A stretch of DNA of 64,000 bases. Source: Elusimicrobiota bacterium (GTDB lineage Bacteria; RUG730; JBDRED01). Made by a program: the position numbers and the translations under genes. The stretch is from positions 10,253 through 74,252 of the forward strand of contig JBDRED010000034.1 in NCBI GenBank assembly GCA_043820025.1. Reading direction: 5' to 3'. Below are positions 1 to 7,746 of this stretch, piece after piece; positions within the stretch are counted from its first letter, which is position 1; every line of letters begins with the position of its first letter. The notes under the pieces are model-generated. The model was not told the origin of the DNA, ran no database searches, and saw only the letters and a program-made list of their open reading frames with translations.

Positions 1-1
1 C

Positions 2-3000
2 TCTACTATAACTTTTGACTGGTCTGATGTCTCTGACCTGTCAGGCGTTAACAGCTACGAGTTTATAGTTTCCACAATGAGCGATTTGTCTCTTGTATTG
101 TATACTACCAATACCGCATCATCCTATTTGTTTGCGGATAATGTTGACGATGGCAGATATTATTGGAGTGTGCGGGTTATGGATAATGTTGGTCTTTATA
201 GTTTATGGACAACAATAAGGTCAGTTTATTTTGATGCCACTCCGCCAAGCGCGCCGGTAAAGCTGACTCCTATGCAGACCAGCGTTACGGATTATATGAC
301 TACGACATTCTCGTGGACAGCGTCTCTTGATAGTTTCTCAGGATTAAGCCATTATGAGTTAAAGGTGTCAACAGAGAGCAGTTTTGAGTCAGTATATTAT
401 AGTTCTGCGACTAACAGCACATCAATAAACGTAGATTTATTTGAGCATGCGTTTTATTGGAATGTATGGGGCGTTGATAATGCGGGGAATTACAGCGTTG
501 TGTCCGATACAGGAATATTCTATATAGACGTAACCAGCCCGACAGTGCCGGTGTTAACGGCTCCTCTTACAGGATACACAACCAACAGCTTAACTTTAAC
601 ATACGACTGGGAGCCTGCATCAGATTCATCAGCAATAGATTATTATACATTTGAATTATCTACAAATTCATTTACAAATGTCTATTACAGCTCTAATGTT
701 GTATCAGGCACGGAAATACAATATGGGGTAACAGAAGGAACCTACAGCTGGCATGTAAGAAGCGTAGATAAGGCAGGCCTTATGAGCGATTATGCCGGCG
801 CTGAGACAATATTTATTGATACAACGCCGCCGAGCGCTGTTTCTCTAGAATCGCCTTATAATGGATATGTTAGCAGTCAGACTTATATAGAAATTAACTG
901 GAGCGATGCGATTGACAGCTTTACCGGAATTAAAGGCTACGAATTCCATTCATCAACAGAGCCGTCTATGTCCGGCACAGATTTTTCCACTACGACCGTT
1001 GTTAGTAATTTGACCGGAGATCCAAATGAAGGAGAGTATTATTATAGAGTAAGAGCGTTTGATAATGCCGGAAATTATGGGATATGGTCAAGCACAAGAA
1101 TGTTTATAGTGGATGTTTCGAGCCCTGCTGTGCCTGTATTAATAACGCCTTTACAAGGAAGCGTAACTAGTTATACAACATTTATATTTGATTGGAGCGA
1201 TGTAACAGATATTTCGGGAATAGAAGCATACGAGCTTAAGGCATCTACTTATAGCGATATGTCGTTACTTTATTATACTGCGACAAGCATGGCCGGGTCT
1301 TATGATGAGGTAGATAGTGATTATGCTTTTGACGATGGAAAATATTATTGGACAGTTAGAGTGATAGATAATGCGGGATGGGCTAGTGATTGGGCGCCTA
1401 TTAGAGAATTTACTATTTCAACATCAAGCCCTATAGCGCCAATAATAATAAGTCCATTGTCAGGTTATACGACAAATCAGACGGATATTACTTTGGATTG
1501 GAGTGATGTTACCAGTATATTCGGACTAGACCGCTATGAAGTGCAATTATCTACAAATAGTGATTTTTCCGGGACATCGCCTTTAACCGGTATTTTTACC
1601 TCTAAACTAGATTGTGAATTTTCAGAAAGCGTTGTTTATTGGCGTGTTAGGGCAGTTGATAATGCCGGTTTGGTCGGGGACTGGACGTCAGCGTCTGTGA
1701 TAACGGTTGATACCACCTCTCCGTCTGTCCCAATTAATCTGTCGCCTGTCAGCAGTAGTAATGTTCCTGTATCGCAGGTTACATATGATTGGGATGACGC
1801 AGTTGATAATTTATCCGGTATTAATCAGTATCAAATACAATTATCTACCAATACTTCGTTTAACCCGTTAGCGTCTAATTTCAATACAAGCACTTCGACT
1901 ATTAAGCTTGTGATGGACGGATCAGGCACATATTACTGGCATGCGCGTTCGATCGACAATGCCGGAAATTACAGCGGATGGTCAAGCACAAATACTTTAA
2001 TTGTTACAGGGCCGCCCAGCGCGCCTACAGGATTTACTCTTGCGGCATTATCTACAAGCGCGATTAAAATGATATGGAATGATTCTGCTGATAATGAAGA
2101 AGGATACAAAATTATTGACGGCTTTAGTGTTATTACAACAACAACATTAGCCGCAGGCGCAACAAATTATACGGAAACAGGTTTAACCGCAAATACGCGT
2201 TACGCAAGATACGTTCAAGCGTATAATGTGGCAGGGCCTGCATCGTCCGAAGTGTTATATGTATATACGTTTGCAAATGCTCCGAGCGGAATAAGCAACA
2301 GCGTTGTTAGAGTTCACGAGGCTGACCTGCAATGGACAGGCAATGGCGGAACAGCGTATGCAGTAAATAAGTCAACAGATGGCGGCGTGAACTGGCATTT
2401 TGTTGAGAAGATTACAACTACTACATATACTGTTAAAGGGCTTCTGCCAAGCACAACCTATGCATTCAGTATAAGCGCATACAATGGCGATAATGTGATA
2501 ACGCTTGGAAGCAGTACAATAACAGGAGTTGTTACACAGCCGTTAACGCATACAAGGATTGATCCAATCATTGGCGCTACGCAGAATCAGGCTGTAGTAG
2601 TTAACGGTAAGTCATTAAACGCTGTTGTTACACTGCCGCCCGGAGTTGTAGACAGCAGTGTATACAACGAGATATATATGGATATAAATATTGATCCTTC
2701 AGGTGCTCCTGTTTATGTTGATCCTTCGAAGATTAATGATGCTGACAGCGCTCTTAAAAAAGGCAAACAGCAGATGGGAATAATGCTGGAGCTTAATATG
2801 TATGCTATTACAGGCGAGCGCATTACGGGAAATTTTGCCAAGGCTGTAACATTAACGATCCCATATCTTGACGAAGACAATGACGGGTTTGTCGATAATA
2901 CCAATCCGCCAATTAAAGAGGAGTTTTTAGAAATATATCTATTAAATGAAACAAGCGGGGTTTGGGAAGCTCTGAGCGGAGTGGTTGATCCTGCGGCAAA

Positions 3001-3364
3001 TATAGTTACTGTGGAAATCAATCATTTCTCTGTTTATTCGCTGATAGGCCAGGCAAAATATGCGGATAATTTAAGCGGTGTTATAGCTTATCCAAATCCG
3101 TATAAGCCGGGATCAGGCACTAAGTTTGACAGACAGGGCGGCGTAATGTTTACTAACCTGACTGAACAGGTAAAGGTACGAATATTTACAATTGCCGGCA
3201 ATTTGGTATTTGAAGGAGATGAGCTCGACGGAGACGGCGACTTTGAATGGAATATTACAAATGATTATGGAGAGAGAGTTGCAAGCGGCGTATACATTTA
3301 TTTAATAACAAATCCGAATAATGGCGGAGACAAAGCGAAAGGAAAGATAGGAATAATTAAATAA
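2..3364 (+). CDS. Giant cell-surface repeat protein, 5'-truncated by the window edge (tandem Ig/FN3-like modules, two FN3 domains, T9SS/FlgD-Ig-like C-terminal sorting domain)
   Basis: The reading frame is open from base 2. The residues before the first ATG at 77 (STITFDWSDVSDLSGVNSYEF) already match the internal repeat, so the gene starts upstream of the window. Seven ~97-aa modules share the pattern TFDWSD..D.SG...YE...ST...F ... G.YYW.VR..DNAGN.S.WS ... PP(S/T)xP. Two FN3-like domains follow (PSAPTGFTL...; NAPSGISNS...). The last ~90 aa (YPNPYKPG...VRIFTIAGNLV...ASGVYIYLI...KGKIGIIK) resemble T9SS type-A sorting domains. Confidence 0.8.
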   Translation, partial: STITFDWSDVSDLSGVNSYEFIVSTMSDLSLVLYTTNTASSYLFADNVDDGRYYWSVRVMDNVGLYSLWTTIRSVYFDATPPSAPVKLTPMQTSVTDYMTTTFSWTASLDSFSGLSHYELKVSTESSFESVYYSSATNSTSINVDLFEHAFYWNVWGVDNAGNYSVVSDTGIFYIDVTSPTVPVLTAPLTGYTTNSLTLTYDWEPASDSSAIDYYTFELSTNSFTNVYYSSNVVSGTEIQYGVTEGTYSWHVRSVDKAGLMSDYAGAETIFIDTTPPSAVSLESPYNGYVSSQTYIEINWSDAIDSFTGIKGYEFHSSTEPSMSGTDFSTTTVVSNLTGDPNEGEYYYRVRAFDNAGNYGIWSSTRMFIVDVSSPAVPVLITPLQGSVTSYTTFIFDWSDVTDISGIEAYELKASTYSDMSLLYYTATSMAGSYDEVDSDYAFDDGKYYWTVRVIDNAGWASDWAPIREFTISTSSPIAPIIISPLSGYTTNQTDITLDWSDVTSIFGLDRYEVQLSTNSDFSGTSPLTGIFTSKLDCEFSESVVYWRVRAVDNAGLVGDWTSASVITVDTTSPSVPINLSPVSSSNVPVSQVTYDWDDAVDNLSGINQYQIQLSTNTSFNPLASNFNTSTSTIKLVMDGSGTYYWHARSIDNAGNYSGWSSTNTLIVTGPPSAPTGFTLAALSTSAIKMIWNDSADNEEGYKIIDGFSVITTTTLAAGATNYTETGLTANTRYARYVQAYNVAGPASSEVLYVYTFANAPSGISNSVVRVHEADLQWTGNGGTAYAVNKSTDGGVNWHFVEKITTTTYTVKGLLPSTTYAFSISAYNGDNVITLGSSTITGVVTQPLTHTRIDPIIGATQNQAVVVNGKSLNAVVTLPPGVVDSSVYNEIYMDINIDPSGAPVYVDPSKINDADSALKKGKQQMGIMLELNMYAITGERITGNFAKAVTLTIPYLDEDNDGFVDNTNPPIKEEFLEIYLLNETSGVWEALSGVVDPAANIVTVEINHFSVYSLIGQAKYADNLSGVIAYPNPYKPGSGTKFDRQGGVMFTNLTEQVKVRIFTIAGNLVFEGDELDGDGDFEWNITNDYGERVASGVYIYLITNPNNGGDKAKGKIGIIK

Positions 3365-3433
3365 GAATACAGAAGTCAGAATACAGAAGTCAGAATACAG
3401 GAGTCAGAATACAGAAGTCAGAATACAGAAGGA
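3365..3433 (+). repeat. Tandem array of 4.9 copies of the 14-mer GAATACAGAAGTCA (about 10 heptads AGAATAC/AGAAGTC), filling the intercistronic gap
   Basis: Read directly from the sequence: units at 3365, 3379, 3393 (variant GAATACAGGAGTCA) and 3407, plus a partial unit at 3421 that runs into the Shine-Dalgarno GGAG (3431-3434) of the ATG at 3441. Confidence 0.95.
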
Positions 3434-3440
3434 GATATAT

Positions 3441-4718
3441 ATGAATAAAATTATTAGTGGCATATTTTGTTTATTTGTGCTTTCAGGGTCGTGCGTTTTT
3501 GCCGCATTTAGCTCGAAGTCTGCGGGTACTGCCGGCGCGCAGTTTTTAAAATTTGGCGCAGGTTCCAGGGCTGCGGCTATGGGAAATGCGCAGACAGCGC
3601 TTACTGACGATGTTAACTCGATATATTGGAATCCTGCTGGGCTGAATGATGTTGAAGCAAAGGAAGTCTCATTTATGCACACAATATGGTTTCAGGATAT
3701 CGGGTATCAATACTTTGCTTATGCCCAGCCTCTTAAAAAAGGCGCGATCGGCTGCTCGATTCAGTATTTAAGCATGAGCGCAATAGATAAGTATGATAAT
3801 ACTGCAACAGCATTAAACGAGACATATAAGCCAAGTGATATAGCAGTAACGCTCAGCTATGCAAAGGTGGTTAAGGATATACCTGTAGGAGCCGGTATTA
3901 AATATATCCGCAGTACAATTGATGATGAAACAGCGCAGGCGCTGGCTATAGACTTGGGAGGAAAGTATAATTTAATGAATGGGCATTTGGTAGTCGGCCT
4001 GGCAATGCAGAATTTAGGAACAAAGATGAAATTTATAAGCGAAGCTGATCCTTTGCCGTTTACAATAAAAACAGGGGCGGTGTATAAGATGGCGCGCTTT
4101 GGAGGAGTCTTTAATTTTGCCTTGGATCTAAATGCGCCGGTTGACGACGCTTTGAGTATTGGCCTTGGAACTGAGTATGTTTATAGTTTTAATAAAAAGT
4201 TTACATTCAGCCCAAGGGTAGGATATAAGACCGAAGACAGCGAACTTGACGGAACAAGCGGCGTAACAGCAGGATTTGGGTTTGGGTATAATAATGCGGC
4301 GCTTGATTATGCGTGGACGCCGTATGGCGAGCTGGGAGATGCGCACAAAATTTCACTGCTCGTGAGATTTAACGCGCCAAAAAAAGTTGTTGATGAAAAA
4401 ATTATAGACCCCAAAAAACAAGAAGAAATAATGCGTACGAAGAATGAAAAATCCGAAAAAAGAAAAATGCGCATGCAGGAAAAGATGAAAAAGAGAGTGG
4501 ATGCATCTTTGAAAGCTAAGGTTAAGCCGGCTAAGGAAGCAAGTGTGATAAAAAAAGCTGTTCAGGAAGAGAAGAATTTAAATGAGAATTCGAAAGAGAA
4601 TATGGAGATTAATGAAGCTGTTACAATTGAGCAAAGTATCGGGGATACAAAAGAAACAAAGGAAATCCAAGAGAATATTGTTGAAGAAGAGAATATAGGA
4701 ATTGGTGATGGAGAATAA
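3441..4718 (+). CDS. PorV/PorQ-like (FadL-fold) outer-membrane beta-barrel with a Lys/Glu-rich C-terminal tail
   Basis: There is a signal peptide (MNKIISGIFCLFVLSGSCVFA). The N-terminal signature SAGTAGAQFLKFGAGSRAAAMGNAQTALTDDVNSIYWNPAGL is typical of PorV/PorQ-family proteins. An alternating beta-strand pattern extends to about residue 320. The last ~105 aa are K/E-rich low complexity. A strong RBS is present. Confidence 0.6.
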   Translation: MNKIISGIFCLFVLSGSCVFAAFSSKSAGTAGAQFLKFGAGSRAAAMGNAQTALTDDVNSIYWNPAGLNDVEAKEVSFMHTIWFQDIGYQYFAYAQPLKKGAIGCSIQYLSMSAIDKYDNTATALNETYKPSDIAVTLSYAKVVKDIPVGAGIKYIRSTIDDETAQALAIDLGGKYNLMNGHLVVGLAMQNLGTKMKFISEADPLPFTIKTGAVYKMARFGGVFNFALDLNAPVDDALSIGLGTEYVYSFNKKFTFSPRVGYKTEDSELDGTSGVTAGFGFGYNNAALDYAWTPYGELGDAHKISLLVRFNAPKKVVDEKIIDPKKQEEIMRTKNEKSEKRKMRMQEKMKKRVDASLKAKVKPAKEASVIKKAVQEEKNLNENSKENMEINEAVTIEQSIGDTKETKEIQENIVEEENIGIGDGE

Positions 4719-5775
4719 TAAGGTTGTTGTTGCAATGAGCGGCGGCGTTGATTCATCTGCTGCGGCTTATTTATTGAAAGAAGAGGGCTATGATGTAATT
4801 GGAATAACTATGCGTCTGCCCATAGGTAATGATGATGACGATTCCTGCTGCGGAGTAAAAGGCGTAGAGGATGCCAGAAGGACTGCGGATGATTTAAATA
4901 TTCCATTTTATGTTGTTAATTATAAAGAGAAGTTTAATGAGTGTGTTATTAAATATTTTTGCGATGAATATGAGCGCGGCAGAACTCCAAATCCCTGCAT
5001 TATCTGCAATATATACTTAAAATTTGGCGAGCTTTTAAAAAAGGCGCAAAGCTTGGGAGCAGAATATATTGCCACAGGCCATTACGCAAAGATTGATAAA
5101 AAAGATGACAGGTATCTGTTAAAAAAGGGAAAGGATTTAGAGAAAGATCAGTCCTACTTTTTATTCGGCCTTTCTCAAGAACAGCTGAAACATACGATTT
5201 TCCCTTTAGGCGAATATATAAAGAAAGAGGCGCGTGAGATTGCAAAAAATGCGAATCTTAAGGTTTTTGATAAACCCGGCAGTCAGGAAATATGTTTTGT
5301 GCCGAATGATGACTATCAGGCATTTTTAAGAGAAAAAAAATTATGCAAAGGATTTATTCCCGGCGATATAGTTACGAGCGATGGAAAGATTGTCGGCGTT
5401 CATACGGGCATAGCAGGATATACCATAGGCCAGAGAAAGGGTATAGGGTCGCACAGCGCAAAAAAATATGTAATAAATATTTTAGATAAAGAAAATAGAG
5501 TTGTAATTGGGAGCGAAGAAGATCTTTATTCCAAAGAATGTATTGCTGAGCGGCCTAACTGGATCGCGATTGACAGGTTAACTGAAGAAAAAAAGGTTAA
5601 AGCAAGGATTAGATATAAACATAAAGAGAAGAGCGCAATAGTATATCCTCTAGATGATAATACAGTTAAAGTTGTATTTGACGAGCCTGAGCGCGCTATT
5701 ACGCCCGGGCAGGCAGTTGTGTTTTATGACTGTGACATTGTAATTGGCGGCGCGTGGATAAAGAGCAAAAAATAG
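4708..5775 (+). CDS. mnmA: tRNA 2-thiouridine(34) synthase MnmA
   Basis: It has the PP-loop VVVAMSGGVDSSAAAYLL and resembles MnmA over its full length. Three consecutive in-frame starts are possible (TTG 4702, GTG 4705, ATG 4708); I chose the ATG. The gene overlaps the end of the PorV-like gene. Confidence 0.9.
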   Translation: MENNKVVVAMSGGVDSSAAAYLLKEEGYDVIGITMRLPIGNDDDDSCCGVKGVEDARRTADDLNIPFYVVNYKEKFNECVIKYFCDEYERGRTPNPCIICNIYLKFGELLKKAQSLGAEYIATGHYAKIDKKDDRYLLKKGKDLEKDQSYFLFGLSQEQLKHTIFPLGEYIKKEAREIAKNANLKVFDKPGSQEICFVPNDDYQAFLREKKLCKGFIPGDIVTSDGKIVGVHTGIAGYTIGQRKGIGSHSAKKYVINILDKENRVVIGSEEDLYSKECIAERPNWIAIDRLTEEKKVKARIRYKHKEKSAIVYPLDDNTVKVVFDEPERAITPGQAVVFYDCDIVIGGAWIKSKK

Positions 5776-5783
5776 GGTGATTT

Positions 5784-6653
5784 ATGAAAAAAATTATTAA
5801 TTGTTTATTAATTGGACTTATTATATTTTCTTTAACAGGGTGCGCAGGCCGCATCAGCAAAAACGATTGGTGGCTTAATGAGCAGAGGCCCAAAATTGCG
5901 CTGGTTCTTGGCGGCGGAGCTGCGCGCGGGTTTGCGCATGTCGGGGTTATTCGTGTGCTGGAACAGGAAAAGATACCTATTGATATGATTGTAGGCACAA
6001 GCGTAGGCAGTCTGATAGGAGCTATTTACGCGTCGCATAAGGACAGCTTTGAGCTTGAATGGCTCGCGTTTGAACTGGAGAAAAACGATATATTTGATTT
6101 TTCAATATTTTCGTCAAAGACCGGGCCTGTAAAGGGCGATAAATTGGAAGCGTTCGTTGAAAAGAGCGTGCCTGTAAAAAATATTGAGGAATTTTATATT
6201 CCATTCTATGCGGTAGCTGTTGATTTAAATACAGGCGAGCCTGTTATATTTTCAAGAGGGTCCGTATCAAAAGCCGTAAGAGCAAGCAGTTCTATACCAG
6301 GCGTGTTTACTCCGCTTGTTTATGAAAACAGAACGCTTGTTGACGGAGGAGTAATAGGAAATATCGCGCCTGAAGTGGCGCGGCAGTATGGGGCTGATAT
6401 TGTGATAGTGGTTGATATAAGCAAGAATATTAATAATGACGACACAAGTAATGTTATAGATATTACCTTACAGGCAATCAGTATAATGAGTAAAAAGATC
6501 GATGAGTATAAATTAAGAGACGCTGATGTTGTGATATCGCCTGAGGTGGGGGATGTTGGTATGACGGATTTCTCTAAGAAAAAGGAATCCATGATTGCAG
6601 GTATGAAGGCCGCTAAAAAAGCTTTGCAGCAAATAAGAAAACTCGTAAAATAA
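5784..6653 (+). CDS. Patatin-like phospholipase (RssA-like), probable lipoprotein
   Basis: The patatin motifs are present: LVLGGGAARGFAHVGV (oxyanion GGGxRG) and GTSVGS (GxSxG nucleophile). The N-terminal lipobox is LTGC. Confidence 0.85.
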   Translation: MKKIINCLLIGLIIFSLTGCAGRISKNDWWLNEQRPKIALVLGGGAARGFAHVGVIRVLEQEKIPIDMIVGTSVGSLIGAIYASHKDSFELEWLAFELEKNDIFDFSIFSSKTGPVKGDKLEAFVEKSVPVKNIEEFYIPFYAVAVDLNTGEPVIFSRGSVSKAVRASSSIPGVFTPLVYENRTLVDGGVIGNIAPEVARQYGADIVIVVDISKNINNDDTSNVIDITLQAISIMSKKIDEYKLRDADVVISPEVGDVGMTDFSKKKESMIAGMKAAKKALQQIRKLVK

Positions 6654-6681
6654 TCCGCAAATAAATAAGGAGATGGTGTAT

Positions 6682-7620
6682 ATGCTTAAGATTTTCAGAA
6701 ATTGGTTAATTATAGTGTTTGTGATTATTTTATTATTTTTTATACCATACACTATTGTTAATAAGGTATGCGCGAATATAAACAGCAGTATTCCCAAAAT
6801 ACCCGAAGCGGCCTTTTCTATTAATGAAATACAAAACAATATTTACGCCAGGCTTAATTATCTTATTCTTAATGCGCCGGAAGTTAAATTTTATTTGTAC
6901 AAAGTCAAAATGCGCGACAATTTGTGGAAAATAGCAAAGAGGCAGGGATACTCGGTGCATACTATTATAGGCTGTAATCCACAGCTTCAAACATACCGGA
7001 TTAATTACAAGGAACCGCTTATTATATCTTCTATTGGCGGAACACTGCATCCGGTGCAAAAAAATGATACTTGGGAAAAAATTGCAGACAGGTACAAGAT
7101 AGAAGAAGAAAAAATTAAAGCAACAAATTCCGGAATTCAGGAATTGATTGAGGGAGAGTTTCTATTTATCCCGGGAAAAAGGCCTGACCTGGAACTTCTT
7201 AATCCAAAGATGCGCGAGAAATATGAGTTACGGTCTTTGTTCGTTTCGCCTCTTGGCGGCAGGCTTTCAAGTTTCTTTGGTAAACGCAAGCACCCTGTTA
7301 CAGGTTTAGCGAGTTTTCATGAGGGGATTGATATTGCAGTAAAAACAGGGACATGGGTTGGCGCTGCGGCTGATGGAGTAGTGATCCTTGCAGGTGATGG
7401 AGTCGGCCACTATGGCAAAGCGGTTTTTATTGATCATAAGAATGGATACATTACTCATTATGGCCATTTGTCTAAGATATATGTGCGGGTGGGCCAGAAG
7501 GTAAAAGCGCGCAAATTAATAGCGAAAAGCGGGTCTACAGGCAGATCAACAGGCCCGCATTTACACTTCACAATAAAAAAAAATGGAGTATCGCAGGATC
7601 CATTAAAATATATTTGGTAG
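6682..7620 (+). CDS. M23 family metallopeptidase with LysM-like repeats
   Basis: M23 motifs are HEGIDIA...GHYG...STGRSTGPHLHF. Two LysM-like segments precede them (YKVKMRDNLWKIAKRQGYS; HPVQKNDTWEKIADRYKI). ATG 6682 has better spacing to AAGGAG (6667-6672) than ATG 6673 does. Confidence 0.85.
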   Translation: MLKIFRNWLIIVFVIILLFFIPYTIVNKVCANINSSIPKIPEAAFSINEIQNNIYARLNYLILNAPEVKFYLYKVKMRDNLWKIAKRQGYSVHTIIGCNPQLQTYRINYKEPLIISSIGGTLHPVQKNDTWEKIADRYKIEEEKIKATNSGIQELIEGEFLFIPGKRPDLELLNPKMREKYELRSLFVSPLGGRLSSFFGKRKHPVTGLASFHEGIDIAVKTGTWVGAAADGVVILAGDGVGHYGKAVFIDHKNGYITHYGHLSKIYVRVGQKVKARKLIAKSGSTGRSTGPHLHFTIKKNGVSQDPLKYIW

Positions 7621-7651
7621 GATATAGCCTATTATTTACTTCCTATTATTC

Positions 7652-7679
7652 TTGACAAATTTGTAAGTAACAGTAATAT
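7652..7679 (+). promoter_or_regulatory. Candidate sigma70-type promoter (TTGACA-16-TAATAT)
   Basis: TTGACA lies at 7652-7657 and TAATAT at 7674-7679. This would place the heptad array (7689-7716) inside the 5' UTR of the 7747 gene. Confidence 0.4.
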
Positions 7680-7688
7680 ATAACATTT

Positions 7689-7716
7689 AGAATACAGAAT
7701 ACAGAATACAGAATAT
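7689..7716 (+). repeat. Heptamer tandem repeat (AGAATAC)x3 plus AGAATAT
   Basis: Read directly from the sequence. It is the same heptad as in the 3365-3433 array and lies 30 nt upstream of the AAGGAG/ATG of the 7747 gene. Confidence 0.95.
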
Positions 7717-7746
7717 ACTAAACTAATTACTAAAGGAGTAAAAAAG

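Noticed and set aside
3365-3433. Possible CRISPR array
   Set aside because: The units are 14 nt and directly abutting, with no spacers. No cas genes and no leader are present. This is a simple tandem repeat.
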